Sequence record: MZ234009.1
DNA from: Escherichia phage vB_EcoP-22664BS1
Length of the DNA: 39,133 nucleotides
Direction: 5' to 3' (one strand)
This document shows, in pieces, positions 1-9,909 of the stretch. Below the pieces are notes generated by a model that worked only from the letters and a program-made list of their open reading frames with translations, did no database searches and was not told where the DNA came from. Both the position numbers and the translations under genes were made by a program. Position 1 is the stretch's first letter. Every line of letters starts with the position of its first letter.

Positions 1-3000
1 ATGCAGGAACGAGAGGAGCGCTCTACGTGGTTCGGTTTCGGTGCGGCTACAGAAGCTGAAGTGAAGAACTCTATGGTCGGCGTGGCTATCCGCGCTGGTC
101 AGACCGAGGACTCACTTGATGTCATTGGCGATGTGTTCAACCCGACCCGCTGGAACAACCATAAGTGGTCTCGTGAGGAGTTGGACCAGATTCGTAACGC
201 TGGGGTTCTGCCTCAGTATTACGGGGTCATTACTGGTGGCTCCCCTCAGAACCTGACCGAGCTTATTAACTTTGCGCTTGAGAACCAGAAGTTGGACCAA
301 GAGAAGGCCAAGGCTGGGACTGGTGCTCAACTGGCGGCTGGTGTGATTGGTGCTGGCGTGGACCCTCTGACCTACGTTCCTATTGCTGGGCAGGTAGGTA
401 AAGGTGGGAAGCTAGTCAACAAGATGTTCACTGTGGCTGCTCAGTCTGGTGCTCTGGCTGGGGCATCCGAGATTGCTCGAACCTCAGTTGCTGGTGGGGA
501 CGCTCATGTGGCTGAGGCAATTATGGGCGGTGCTCTCTTCGGTGGGGGAATGACAGCTATCGGGGACGCTATCGGCAAGGCCTTAGGCAAGTCAACCAAC
601 GAGTTCGCCGGACCAGCCACACGTCTGGAAGCCCGTGAGACTGCACGTAATGTTGATGGTCAGGACCTGTCGCGTATGCCAATCCGTGAAGGAGAGGAGA
701 CCTTTAGTCATCAAGGTGTTAAGTTCGCAGACGTTCCGAACGAGCCGGGTAGTGTACGACTGGAAGATGGTTCAATCCTGATTGGTGAGAATCCTCTGAA
801 CCCTAAGACACGTAAAGTCTTTGACGAAGTGATTGAGCCTGAACGTGCCGCTGCTGGTGTGAACCTTGGTGGGCTGACTGAGATTGGCCTGAAGCTGCTT
901 CGGTCCGAGAACCCTGAGATTCGTGGAGTAGCTGCTGACTTAGTACGTTCACCGACTGGTATGCAGTCTGGGGCCTCAGGTAAAATAGGGACAACTGCGT
1001 CAGACGTATTCGAGAGACTTCGTGCTGTGGACCATCGGTTCTACAATGACATCGACGATGCGGTTACTGAGGCACTAAAGGACCCGTACTTCCAGACAGC
1101 ATTCTGGCGAGACTCTGGCGCATTCCGTCAAGACATCTATCAGCGCGTGTCTATGGCTATCGAAGATGGTAGCGGAAACCTGAAGGCTGAATTGACTCCG
1201 GGAGAACTGAAAGTCTATGACCTGCTGAAGAACCAGTTTGACGCCAAGCGTGAGATGATGGAGAACCCAGCTATGTTTGGTCGCCCAGACGCTCAGTCTA
1301 TCTTTCCGGGTAGCCGCTTCAAGGGAACATACGTCCCGCATGTGTATAGCAACCAGATGAAGGAGCTGTACATCAAGGAGCTTGGGAGTCCAGAGGCACT
1401 ACAGGAGGCCATCAAGAAGTCATGGTTGACCAGCTATGCGTCTCGACCTGAAGTCAAGAAACGTGTGGACGAGGAACTCTTAGAGGCTGACCCTACGTTG
1501 ACTCCAGAAGGACTTGCGGCTGCGGTCGATAAGTACGCCAACGATAAGGCTTATGGTATCTCTCACACCGAGCAGTTCGAGCGTTCATCCGTAATGGAAG
1601 AGAACATCAATGGTCTGGTGGGTCTGGAGAACAACAGCTTCCTTGAGGCTCGTAACCTGTTCGATAGCGATATGTCAATCGTCCTACCTAACGGTCAGAC
1701 CTTCAGTGTCAACAACCTGCGTGAGTGGGACATGGACAAGATTGTCCCGGCCTACAACCGTCGAGTTAATGGCGATATTGCTATCATGGCTGGTACAGGC
1801 AAGACCACGAAGGACATGAAGGACTTGGTTGAGACCCTGATGAACAAGGCTGGGGATGACGGTAAGTTGAAAGGTGAAGTATCTACCTTACGTGACACTT
1901 TGAAGATTCTAACTGGTCGTGCTCGACGTGATGGTGCTGATGATGCGGCCTTCGCTACCGTGATGCGCACAATGACAGACCTATCGTTCTTCGCTAAGAA
2001 TGCCTACATGGGTGTTCAGAACTTAACGGAGATTGGTGGTATGCTGGCTCGTGGTAACGTTCGTGCAATGCTTCATGGAGTCCCAATTTTCCGTGACCTA
2101 GCCTTCCGTAACAAGAAGGTTGGGGCCTCAGAGATTAAGGACCTGCACAATGTTATCTTCGGTAAGGAACTGGATGACTCAATCCGTCCGTCTAAACAGG
2201 ATGTCATTGACCGTCTGCGATCTTACAGTGACCTCGGTCGTGGTACAGCTACAGCTCTGGGGACTGCCAAGTATTACACTGGCGAACTTGCAGTACGCTC
2301 TCCGTTCACTAAAGTCCTCAACGGTACGACCAACTACCTGTTAGATGCTGGACGTCAGGGCTTCCTGTCTGACATCGTGGAGCATAGCCTGACTGGTAGT
2401 AAGCGTAAGTTCGATGACCGCTGGCTGAAGACCGCTGGTATCTCTGACGAGCAGTGGAAGGGCATTAAGTCCCTAATCCGTGAGTCAGTGACTCGTGGTC
2501 CAGACGGGAAGTACACCATCAAGGATAAGAAGGCGTTCAGTCAGGACCCAAGGGCTATGGACCTCTGGCGTATGGGTGACACCATCGCTGATGAGACCCT
2601 GCTCCGCCCCCACAAGCTGAGCAACATGGACGCCAAGGCTTATGGTCCGATAGCGAAGACTGTCTTGCAGTTTAAGAACTTCGTTATCAAGTCTATCAAC
2701 GGTCGAACCATGCGTACCTTCTACAATGCCACCAAGAACAACCGAGCTATGGACGCTGCGCTGTCAACGGTTATGTCTATGGGTCTGGCTGGAATGTACT
2801 ACATGGCTCAGGCGCACATAAAGGCTTACGCTATGCAGGACGGTCGTGACCGAGAGTATCTGAAGCAAGCCCTTAACCCAACAATGATTGGCTATGCGGC
2901 GCTGTCCCGTAGCTCCCACTTAGGTGGTCCTCTTGGGGTCGCCAACATTCTGGGTGGAATCGCTGGGTATGAGGACACTAAGATGCTCCGCTCGTCAATC

Positions 3001-3303
3001 CTTCCGCGCTCACCTACCGAGAAGACGGAGAAGCCAATCGCCTTTGGTGCTGCTTCCAGTGGTCCGGTAATGAATGTGGTCGGCAACTTCCTTGAGCAGG
3101 TCCCGGCTTTCGGCTATGCTGCTAACGTTGGTGCTACGGCTTACAACTTGGCGGGATACCTCAAGGCTGATACCCGTGTCAACGAGCGAGACTACATGAC
3201 CGGGATGTATAACACGTTCCGTGAACTTGTACCGAATGACCCGATTACCCAGAAGTTGCTGCTTGGAACGTTTGAGGAGCAGGGCATCCACATCAAGGAC
3301 TAA
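1..3303 (+). CDS. 16: Internal virion protein D (gp16), C-terminal 1100 aa; 5' partial at window start, continues in frame from 38549..39133 if the sequence is circular
   Basis: ORF track 1..3303; colinear similarity to recalled T7 gp16 from about residue 215 (STFFGF...GVDPLSYVP...SPTGMQSGASGK...GTYVPHVY...NPTMI); position before gene 17. Confidence 0.9.
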   Translation: MQEREERSTWFGFGAATEAEVKNSMVGVAIRAGQTEDSLDVIGDVFNPTRWNNHKWSREELDQIRNAGVLPQYYGVITGGSPQNLTELINFALENQKLDQEKAKAGTGAQLAAGVIGAGVDPLTYVPIAGQVGKGGKLVNKMFTVAAQSGALAGASEIARTSVAGGDAHVAEAIMGGALFGGGMTAIGDAIGKALGKSTNEFAGPATRLEARETARNVDGQDLSRMPIREGEETFSHQGVKFADVPNEPGSVRLEDGSILIGENPLNPKTRKVFDEVIEPERAAAGVNLGGLTEIGLKLLRSENPEIRGVAADLVRSPTGMQSGASGKIGTTASDVFERLRAVDHRFYNDIDDAVTEALKDPYFQTAFWRDSGAFRQDIYQRVSMAIEDGSGNLKAELTPGELKVYDLLKNQFDAKREMMENPAMFGRPDAQSIFPGSRFKGTYVPHVYSNQMKELYIKELGSPEALQEAIKKSWLTSYASRPEVKKRVDEELLEADPTLTPEGLAAAVDKYANDKAYGISHTEQFERSSVMEENINGLVGLENNSFLEARNLFDSDMSIVLPNGQTFSVNNLREWDMDKIVPAYNRRVNGDIAIMAGTGKTTKDMKDLVETLMNKAGDDGKLKGEVSTLRDTLKILTGRARRDGADDAAFATVMRTMTDLSFFAKNAYMGVQNLTEIGGMLARGNVRAMLHGVPIFRDLAFRNKKVGASEIKDLHNVIFGKELDDSIRPSKQDVIDRLRSYSDLGRGTATALGTAKYYTGELAVRSPFTKVLNGTTNYLLDAGRQGFLSDIVEHSLTGSKRKFDDRWLKTAGISDEQWKGIKSLIRESVTRGPDGKYTIKDKKAFSQDPRAMDLWRMGDTIADETLLRPHKLSNMDAKAYGPIAKTVLQFKNFVIKSINGRTMRTFYNATKNNRAMDAALSTVMSMGLAGMYYMAQAHIKAYAMQDGRDREYLKQALNPTMIGYAALSRSSHLGGPLGVANILGGIAGYEDTKMLRSSILPRSPTEKTEKPIAFGAASSGPVMNVVGNFLEQVPAFGYAANVGATAYNLAGYLKADTRVNERDYMTGMYNTFRELVPNDPITQKLLLGTFEEQGIHIKD

Positions 3304-3321
3304 ACTATCACTATAGGAAAC
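3299..3321 (+). promoter_or_regulatory. Phage RNAP promoter (phi17-like), variant with A at +3
   Basis: taaactatcactatagg matches the 11-copy promoter family; 45 nt upstream of gene 17 start. Confidence 0.65.
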
Positions 3322-3367
3322 TGGAGGCGCTACCATAGGTCTCCGTTTAAATCACAAAGGAGGCATA

Positions 3368-5548
3368 ATGTCCACGATTACACAATTCCCTTCAGGAAAC
3401 ACTCAGTACAGGATAGAGTTCGACTACCTAGCCAGAACGTTTGTTGTTGTTACGCTGGTGAATAGCTCTAACCCTACCCTGAACCGTGTACTGGAAGTTG
3501 GTCGAGATTACCGATTCCTTAATCCAACGATGATTGAGATGTTGGCTGACCAATCAGGTTTCGACATCGTTCGTATTCACCGTCAGACTGGAACTGACTT
3601 AGTGGTAGACTTCAGGAATGGCTCAGTGTTGACAGCTAGTGACCTGACCAATTCAGAGCTTCAGGCTATCCATATTGCAGAAGAAGGTCGAGACCAAACG
3701 GTTGACTTAGCGAAGGAATATGCCGATGCTGCTGGTAGCTCTGCTGGCAACGCTAAGGATAGCGAGGACGAAGCACGCCGAATCGCTGCGAGTATCAAGG
3801 CAGCTGGTAAAATTGGCTATATTACCCGTCGCTCCTTCGAGAAAGGCTTCAACGTTACAACAGGGAACGAGGTCCTGCTATGGGAAGAGGATGGTGCTTA
3901 TTACCGCTGGGATGGTACGCTTCCAAAGAACGTTCCCGCTGGTTCAACTCCTGAATCATCTGGTGGTATTGGGCTGAGTGCGTGGGTTAGTGTTGGTGAT
4001 GCGTCACTTAGAGCAAACCTGGCTGATAGTGATGGCGCTAAATACATAGGCAGTGGAGAAAGGACATTACTTGAGCACAACAATGATGTTTTGCACTCAA
4101 AAGACTTTCCAACACTGCAGGCAGCTATAGATGCATCTTTGCAAAAAAATGATCTACTGGTGTCTCCTGGCAATTATACTGAAAAAGTTACTATTGGAAA
4201 CGCGCAATTAAAAGGTGTTGGCGGGGCCACGGTACTAAAAACTCCGGCAGACTTTACAAACACTGTTCAGGTTAATTTAGCTACACCTCATTGGCAATTC
4301 CGCCATAGTGGTGGTTTTGCTATAGATGGTTCCGGGACAACCGGGGCCGTAGGTATTAGTTTTGACCCGTCAGACCAATATTCCGGACGTCATAATTTTA
4401 GTGATGTATACATCCACAACATCAACAAGGCCATTCAGAAGCCTTCCGGGAACATCGGCAATACTTGGAGAAATATTGGGATATCTACGTGTGATTGGGG
4501 GTATTACGCGATTAGTGGCTCAGAGATGCATTGCGGGGCCGATACCCTCTACAATATCCACTTCGATGGCATCTCCACCTATGCAGTCTATCTAGACGGC
4601 ACTGTCGATAATGGCGGGGGGGGCGCATGGTGGCTTAAAGACTCCATTATTGAGGCTTCCGGAGGTGGCGGGATATACTTAAAAAGTAAATCGGGCGACT
4701 GTCCTACATCTCCATGCGGGGTATCCAATATATGGATGGAAGCGATCGCAACATCACCGGCTGTTCAGGTAGACGGCGTGGCGCAAAAACCGCGAGTTCT
4801 CAAGTTGGTAGACACAGCGATATTCTTTGCTGAGTATTCTTATCTCAACAACATCGAGCTATCCAACTCCAACTTAGTAACTTATGGTTGCCGTTTTGAC
4901 AACGCTGATGGCAATCAGGATATTGTCGTGGATGCACAAAGTACCATTGTAGCCCATGACGTGTATTTAAACGGCAGTTCTGGAAAGGACGTTATTGTGG
5001 AGTCCGTAGCATCGCAATCTGCAACGATAGCTGCCACAAACTTATCTCTGAGGGGCAACTTAACAAGAGGGAGAGTATTTAATACGCCGACAGGGAATAA
5101 ATTAATGGCTATCACATTTGACTCAGGTAGCCATAATTTTTCTGGCAGCGGCACCGTTAACGGTTCGACTGTATCTGACGGACTTCACGCCGCTACATGT
5201 ACCGAATTTTCATTCCCCGGAGCCGGTTTATATGAAATGGTAGCGACAAGAACAACCATTACATCCGGTAGATGGTACGTGTGGGGAGTTAACTCACGCC
5301 TACAATCTGGCTCGGCGGATATTAGTATAACGTCAGGTATTACCATGGGTAGTGTTTACACAAAGCCGGGGGAGTGGATTAGCACTTTCGGTGTAGGAAA
5401 GGCATCTACCACTGGCACTGTAGCGCTATACGTTTCCACAGGAGGAGGTTCGGGAGCTACGGTCAGATTCAGTGACTTTTTCATCGCTGAGTTTACGACG
5501 CAAGCTCAGGCTTTAGCTTTCGCCAATTCAAGGATGTCGTTATCATAA
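3368..5548 (+). CDS. 17: Tail fibre / tailspike (gp17): T7-like N-terminal anchor domain plus non-T7 C-terminal beta-helix-like domain
   Basis: RBS aaggagg before ATG; N-terminal about 150 aa closely match T7 gp17 (MSTITQFPSGNTQYRIEFDYL...FLNP...); C-terminal about 570 aa Gly/Ser/Asn/Thr-rich with repetitive short strands. Confidence 0.85.
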   Translation: MSTITQFPSGNTQYRIEFDYLARTFVVVTLVNSSNPTLNRVLEVGRDYRFLNPTMIEMLADQSGFDIVRIHRQTGTDLVVDFRNGSVLTASDLTNSELQAIHIAEEGRDQTVDLAKEYADAAGSSAGNAKDSEDEARRIAASIKAAGKIGYITRRSFEKGFNVTTGNEVLLWEEDGAYYRWDGTLPKNVPAGSTPESSGGIGLSAWVSVGDASLRANLADSDGAKYIGSGERTLLEHNNDVLHSKDFPTLQAAIDASLQKNDLLVSPGNYTEKVTIGNAQLKGVGGATVLKTPADFTNTVQVNLATPHWQFRHSGGFAIDGSGTTGAVGISFDPSDQYSGRHNFSDVYIHNINKAIQKPSGNIGNTWRNIGISTCDWGYYAISGSEMHCGADTLYNIHFDGISTYAVYLDGTVDNGGGGAWWLKDSIIEASGGGGIYLKSKSGDCPTSPCGVSNIWMEAIATSPAVQVDGVAQKPRVLKLVDTAIFFAEYSYLNNIELSNSNLVTYGCRFDNADGNQDIVVDAQSTIVAHDVYLNGSSGKDVIVESVASQSATIAATNLSLRGNLTRGRVFNTPTGNKLMAITFDSGSHNFSGSGTVNGSTVSDGLHAATCTEFSFPGAGLYEMVATRTTITSGRWYVWGVNSRLQSGSADISITSGITMGSVYTKPGEWISTFGVGKASTTGTVALYVSTGGGSGATVRFSDFFIAEFTTQAQALAFANSRMSLS

Positions 5549-5692
5549 AAACAACCTCAGCCGAATCGGGTTATTTATCATCAGAACGGTATTGAATCAT
5601 CGAAGGTTGTGGAGGTAGAGGCTAACTACACGTTGACCAACGTATGATAACAACTTTGGGTCACGGACGACCCGCTTTAAACTGGAGGTTTT

Positions 5693-5887
5693 ATGATTGA
5701 GTTAGACTTCAAGAATGAGGTCCTCAAAGCCTCGCCTATCGTCGGGACCGCTGCGGCTGATGGTGCCAGTCGGTTCTTCTTTGGGCTAACGCTCAACGAA
5801 TGGTTCTACGTCGCTGCTATCGCGTACACCGTGGTGCAGATTGGCGTCCTAATTTACAAGACGATTAAGAGCGGAGGTAAGACATGA
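5693..5887 (+). CDS. 17.5: Class II holin (gp17.5)
   Basis: Matches recalled T7 gp17.5 (FFGL.LNEWFYVAAIAYTVVQIG); RBS ggagg; hydrophobic segment. Confidence 0.85.
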   Translation: MIELDFKNEVLKASPIVGTAAADGASRFFFGLTLNEWFYVAAIAYTVVQIGVLIYKTIKSGGKT

Positions 5888-6147
5888 CGCAGATGGACTT
5901 AGAGAAGTTCCTGTTAATGCTGGACACAGAACGTGCTAGACTAATGCTGCAAGACCTGCGGGATGACTCTAAGCGTTCGCCCCAGCTCTACAACGCCATT
6001 GAGAAGCTACTGGCTCGTCACAACTTCGTGCTAAGCAAGGTGTCTGTTGACGAGAAGACGCTCGCTGATATGGAGGCCCTGAACGCAGAGTACGATAAGG
6101 TGCTCTCCGCTACGGAAGATAATGACACTGGGTATGGAGTGCAGTAA
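5884..6147 (+). CDS. 18: Terminase small subunit (gp18)
   Basis: ATGA overlap with holin stop; similarity to T7 gp18 (RSPQLYNAI.KLL.RH.F); synteny. Confidence 0.85.
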   Translation: MTQMDLEKFLLMLDTERARLMLQDLRDDSKRSPQLYNAIEKLLARHNFVLSKVSVDEKTLADMEALNAEYDKVLSATEDNDTGYGVQ

Positions 6148-6159
6148 ATCTCTTAAGTG

Positions 6160-6205
6160 TTAGACTCAAGGTCATTACTGTGTGTAGTGGCCTTTATGGT
6201 TAACA
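6160..6205 (+). promoter_or_regulatory. Conserved hairpin element (RNase III processing-site-like, R18.5 position)
   Basis: agactcaaggtc...gtggcctttatgg motif shared with elements at 15301 and 22521 and with recalled T7 RNase III sites. Confidence 0.45.
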
Positions 6206-6257
6206 CTAACTAGTGGAGGAGACTCTACGTGAAATCTGATAAACCGGGAGGGCAACT

Positions 6258-6707
6258 ATGCTCGAATTTTTAAAGAGAGCGGCTCCGTGGTTACTTGCAG
6301 CAGTGATGTTTGCTGGTGGCTACCACACCGCTAACAATAAGTGGGGGGCTAAGGTCAATGCAGAATACACCTCGAATCTTAAGGCATCGGAAGATACAAG
6401 GCTTGCTGTCCAAGCTGAAGTCAACAAAGTGTCCAAACGGTTTCAGGACGAAATGTCCTCGCTGGAAGGCAGCACTGATAGGATTATTGCTGACCTTCAG
6501 TCTGACAATAAGCGGTTGCGCATCCGAGTCAAACCAACGAGTGGAACCACGCAAAGTGACGGTCGATGCTTCATTGATGGTTACGCCGAACTTGACGAAC
6601 GAGATGCTAAACGTCTTATCGCCATCGGAGTGAAAGGAGACAAGTGGATTAAGGCCCTTCAAGACACTGTGAGAGCCTTACAGCAAGAGAAGGAGGTGAC
6701 GCATTGA
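6258..6707 (+). CDS. 18.5: i-spanin (gp18.5, Rz-like)
   Basis: Similarity to T7 gp18.5 (MLEFL...DRIISDLRSDNKRLR.RVK); N-terminal TM segment. Confidence 0.85.
   Translation: MLEFLKRAAPWLLAAVMFAGGYHTANNKWGAKVNAEYTSNLKASEDTRLAVQAEVNKVSKRFQDEMSSLEGSTDRIIADLQSDNKRLRIRVKPTSGTTQSDGRCFIDGYAELDERDAKRLIAIGVKGDKWIKALQDTVRALQQEKEVTH
6358..6633 (+). CDS. 18.7: o-spanin (gp18.7, Rz1-like lipoprotein) embedded in +1 frame inside gp18.5; start codon uncertain (6310 or 6358)
   Basis: Embedded ORF with lipobox-like LTISGC and similarity to T7 gp18.7 (PRWKGALIGL...ISGCASES...SLMV.PNLT.EMLNV). Confidence 0.6.
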   Translation: MQNTPRILRHRKIQGLLSKLKSTKCPNGFRTKCPRWKAALIGLLLTFSLTISGCASESNQRVEPRKVTVDASLMVTPNLTNEMLNVLSPSE

Positions 6708-8467
6708 GTAAAGACTTAGTGGCGCGTCAGGCGCTAATGACTGCACGTATGAAGTCAGACTTCGTGTTCTTCCTGTTCGTCCTGTGGAAAGCTCTGTCGC
6801 TCCCAGTCCCTACTCGCTGTCAGATTGACATGGCGAAGAAACTATCGGCTGGGGACAACAGGCGCTTCATCCTACAGGCGTTCCGTGGTATAGGGAAGTC
6901 CTTCATTACGTGTGCCTTCGTTGTCTGGAAGCTATGGAACAACCCAGACTTGAAGTTCATGATTGTGTCGGCCTCAAAGGAACGAGCCGATGCTAACTCC
7001 ATCTTCATCAAGCGAATCATCGACCTCATGCCTCAGCTTCAGGAACTCAAACCTAAGCAGGGTCAGCGAGATGCGGTTATCAGCTTCGACGTTGGACCGG
7101 CTAAGCCAGACCACTCACCTTCGGTTAAGTCCGTTGGTATCACTGGTCAGTTGACTGGTAGTCGTGCTGACATCCTGATTGCCGATGACGTGGAGGTTCC
7201 GAACAACTCAGCGACTCAGGCTGCACGAGACCGTCTATCAGAGCTTGTGAAAGAGTTCGACGCTATCCTGAAGCCGGGAGGTACGATCATCTATCTGGGT
7301 ACTCCTCAGAACGAGATGACACTGTATCGTGAGCTGGAAGGTCGTGGGTACACCACTACTATCTGGCCCGCTCGTTATCCACGCGACAGGAAGGACTGGC
7401 AGTCTTACGGTGACCGTCTGGCACCGATGCTTCAGGTAGAGCTTGAAGAGGACCCTGAGTCCTTCTACTGGCGTCCGACTGATGAAGTACGCTTCGATGA
7501 TACGGACCTGAAGGAGCGTGAGCTGTCCTACGGTAAAGCTGGCTTCGCTCTACAGTTCATGCTTAACCCGAACCTGAGTGATGCTGAGAAGTATCCTCTT
7601 AAGCTCCGTGACCTTATCGTAGCCGACTTGGACCCAGCGTCCAGCCCAATGGTCTACCAATGGTTGCCAAACCCTCAGAACAAGCGTGAGGACGTTCCTA
7701 ACGTGGGACTCATGGGTGACTCGTACCACACGTATCAGACTGTAGGTTCTGCCTTCAGCTCATACACCCAGAAGATTCTGGTCATTGACCCTAGTGGTCG
7801 TGGTAAGGATGAAACTGGTTATGCGGTACTGTATCAGCTCAACGGCTACATCTTCGCTATGGAAGTAGGTGGTATGCGTGGTGGCTATGAAGACTCTACT
7901 CTGGAAGCACTGGCTAAGATTGGTCGTAAGTGGAAGGTCAACGAATACGTCATTGAGGGTAACTTCGGTGATGGTATGTACCTTGAGCTATTCAAGCCTG
8001 TAGCGGCCCGTATCCATCCTGCTGCTGTAACCGAAGTGAAGAGTAAGGGTCAGAAAGAACTCCGCATCTGTGACGTTCTTGAGCCTATCATGGGGTCTCA
8101 CCGACTTATCGTCAACGCTGCTGCTATCGTCCAAGACTATCAGACAGCCTCTGACAAGGATGGTGTTCGTAACCCTATCTACTCTCTCTTCTACCAGATG
8201 ACACGTATCTCTCGTGAACGTGGAGCCTTGGCACACGATGACCGACTTGATGCGCTGGCTATAGGTGTACAGTTCTTCGTTGAGTCTATGGCTAAGGATG
8301 CCAACAAGGGAGAACGTGAAGTCACTGAGGAGTGGCTGGAGGAACAGATGGAGAACCCACGGAAAGGCTTCGAGTCCATCCACACTGAGTTCTGGGACAA
8401 TGGGGTCCGGGTAACTCACAATACGGACGACGAGCTTGGACTAGGGTCATACGTTACGTTCCACTAG
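6704..8467 (+). CDS. 19: Terminase large subunit (gp19), probable TTG start
   Basis: Strong colinear similarity to T7 gp19 ([21 protein letters not shown]...[18 protein letters not shown]...); RBS aaggagg 6 nt before TTG. Confidence 0.95.
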   Translation: MSKDLVARQALMTARMKSDFVFFLFVLWKALSLPVPTRCQIDMAKKLSAGDNRRFILQAFRGIGKSFITCAFVVWKLWNNPDLKFMIVSASKERADANSIFIKRIIDLMPQLQELKPKQGQRDAVISFDVGPAKPDHSPSVKSVGITGQLTGSRADILIADDVEVPNNSATQAARDRLSELVKEFDAILKPGGTIIYLGTPQNEMTLYRELEGRGYTTTIWPARYPRDRKDWQSYGDRLAPMLQVELEEDPESFYWRPTDEVRFDDTDLKERELSYGKAGFALQFMLNPNLSDAEKYPLKLRDLIVADLDPASSPMVYQWLPNPQNKREDVPNVGLMGDSYHTYQTVGSAFSSYTQKILVIDPSGRGKDETGYAVLYQLNGYIFAMEVGGMRGGYEDSTLEALAKIGRKWKVNEYVIEGNFGDGMYLELFKPVAARIHPAAVTEVKSKGQKELRICDVLEPIMGSHRLIVNAAAIVQDYQTASDKDGVRNPIYSLFYQMTRISRERGALAHDDRLDALAIGVQFFVESMAKDANKGEREVTEEWLEEQMENPRKGFESIHTEFWDNGVRVTHNTDDELGLGSYVTFH

Positions 8468-8476
8468 CTGAATGAA

Positions 8477-8513
8477 TAACTATAGGTGAAAGCTGCATGA
8501 ATAAGCAGGTAGT
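8477..8513 (+). other. Perfect 10-bp inverted repeat (aactataggt / acctatagtt) forming a potential hairpin just downstream of gene 19
   Basis: Read directly from sequence; no downstream U-tract. Confidence 0.4.
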
Positions 8514-8561
8514 AACCTATAGTTACTACCAGTCTAACATACTGTTTTACAAGGAGTTTGG

Positions 8562-8584
8562 ACTTAACTATCACTATAGGGAAG
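8562..8584 (+). promoter_or_regulatory. Phage RNAP promoter near right genome end (phiOR-like)
   Basis: acttaactatcactatagggaag matches promoter family. Confidence 0.65.
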
Positions 8585-8764
8585 ACCCCCGGTTACTTAT
8601 AGTATTACTGTAGTGAATATACATATGCAGACTTTATGCAAGACCTTAGGAGGCAGACTCCGAGTTATTACCTAAGGCTTGCACCGATGGAAGGAGGGTG
8701 ATATTAATCATAATCCCTCCAATACAGATAGTCACCGACCATAGATACAGGAGGTATGTAGCAT

Positions 8765-8923
8765 ATGGCAAAGACCAAAGCTGTACTTAAAGCTCTGGCG
8801 ACCAATCGAGCTACATACAGGTTTCTTGCTGCTGTTCTACTTGCTGCTGGCGTTACTGCTGGAAGTCAGTGGGTCGGGTGGGTCGAGACTCTCGTATGTA
8901 CTCTGGTCTCTCAGTGTAATTAA
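8765..8923 (+). CDS. Small hydrophobic protein (52 aa), gene 19.5 position
   Basis: ATG preceded by aggagg; ORF below the 60-aa track cutoff, translated by hand (MAKTKAVLKALATNRATYRFLAAVLLAAGVTAGSQWVGWVETLVCTLVSQCN). Confidence 0.4.
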   Translation: MAKTKAVLKALATNRATYRFLAAVLLAAGVTAGSQWVGWVETLVCTLVSQCN

Positions 8924-9085
8924 CGCAATCATGGTAACGATTCATGAGCGGAAGACCTAAGGTCAGTACGTGGATAAAGACTCACTATACTGACCTTAGC
9001 TACTGTAGTCAAGGACTTTAGGTAACACCTTAAGAGAAGCTCACTTAGGGTCATCCTACTTATTGGTCTATCCTAGTGTCGCCTG

Positions 9086-9130
9086 ACCTACGGTCCTTGA
9101 CCTACAGTGGCTGTGGCCTACAGTAGTGAC
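9086..9130 (+). repeat. Short direct repeats (cctacRgt x3) at inferred right genome end
   Basis: cctacggt...cctacagt...cctacagt seen in sequence. Confidence 0.5.
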
Positions 9131-9163
9131 GATGAGTTTTGGACCAAAAGTTTGAGACCACAT

Positions 9164-9350
9164 CTCACACTTCAAGAACCTCAAGTCTCCCCATAGGTCC
9201 TCTTTAAGTCCAGACCAAAGGCCCTACCACAGTCTATCATAAGGTTAGACCGATGGTCCAGACTTCAGGTCAACGATAGGTCTAGGCTATGGCTTAGGGA
9301 AGGACGATAGGTTGGGACTATGGGTCTGTCTTTGAGTCTCTATCTGTATC
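9164..9350 (+). repeat. Approximate terminal repeat / genome-end region (single collapsed copy); boundaries estimated
   Basis: tctcacacttcaagaacctcaagtctccccatagg resembles the T7 left end (TCTCACAGTGTACGGACCTAAAGTTCCCCCATAGG); followed by gtctgtctttgagtctctatctgt like the end of the T7 terminal repeat. Confidence 0.45.
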
Positions 9351-9351
9351 A

Positions 9352-9452
9352 GACCTTGAGTCACTACCTACAGTCTAACTACCTACAGTCTAACTACCTA
9401 CAGTCATCGACCATCGGTAATGCCGCTACCTACAGTCATCGACCTACAGTTA
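9352..9452 (+). repeat. Array of short direct repeats (ctaactacctacagt; at least 5 copies of cctacagt) inside the left end
   Basis: Seen directly; analogous position to the CCTAAAG repeat array next to the T7 terminal repeat. Confidence 0.6.
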
Positions 9453-9561
9453 ATAGACACAAGGCTATAGACTTAAGGTCTAAGACATGTTAGTCAAAGA
9501 CTATATCCTCTTACACCATGGGGCCGACGATAGCTTAATCAATATTATTTCGAATTACCTA

Positions 9562-9590
9562 TTGACTATAGGTCCAGACTATGGCCTAAT
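9562..9590 (+). promoter_or_regulatory. Candidate host sigma70 early promoter (A1-like): TTGACT, 17-bp spacer, CCTAAT
   Basis: -35 perfect, -10 weak; position about 400 bp from inferred left end. Confidence 0.3.
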
Positions 9591-9701
9591 AGCTTCCGTC
9601 AACACGACACGGCAACAACCGGATAGTGAAGACGCCGGTCCGGTCCGGTTAAGTAGTCAGCCTGTAAGACATACGAACAACAGGCAACCGACAGAAAGTA
9701 G

Positions 9702-9731
9702 TTGACAAGCAGTAACGATAAGATGTAAGAT
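9702..9731 (+). promoter_or_regulatory. Candidate host sigma70 early promoter (A3-like): TTGACA, 18-bp spacer, TAAGAT
   Basis: Strong resemblance to recalled T7 A3 promoter region including downstream gtaccacat and ctctttaacaatctgg. Confidence 0.55.
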
Positions 9732-9850
9732 GTACCACATCGAAACAACGGTGAGTCCCAACACTGAAACGGGATAGCACGGCGACGACAGCCAACGCGA
9801 ATGCTCTTTAACAATCTGGATAAACTCTTAATGTGCGCCGATAGCGACTA

Positions 9851-9902
9851 ACTACAGGGTCTTTGAGTCTACATCTGAAGGCCCTGACTGATAGTCACTA
9901 AC
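9851..9902 (+). promoter_or_regulatory. Early-region conserved element (actacagg...ggcctgactgatagtcactaac), putative RNase III processing site
   Basis: One of four related copies, each preceding an early gene. Confidence 0.35.
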
Positions 9903-9909
9903 TTAAAGG

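Noticed and set aside
1610-2344. Same-strand alternative-frame ORFs inside gp16 (1610..1819, 2120..2344) and similar ones inside RNAP, DNA polymerase, portal and gp15
   Set aside because: They are embedded out of frame in long, strongly supported genes, with no independent start signals.
8960-8990. T7-consensus-like promoter fragment gactcactata
   Set aside because: It lacks the GGG initiation region and does not match this phage's own promoter specificity region; probably chance similarity or a relic.
9352-9452. Possible CRISPR array
   Set aside because: The repeats are only 8-15 bp with no unique spacers of regular length and no cas genes; this is a T7-like terminal repeat-adjacent array.
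9487-9705. 72-aa + strand ORF in the left-end region
   Set aside because: It spans the repeat array and candidate host promoters upstream of the first early gene, has no RBS and a low-complexity translation; the region is more plausibly regulatory.
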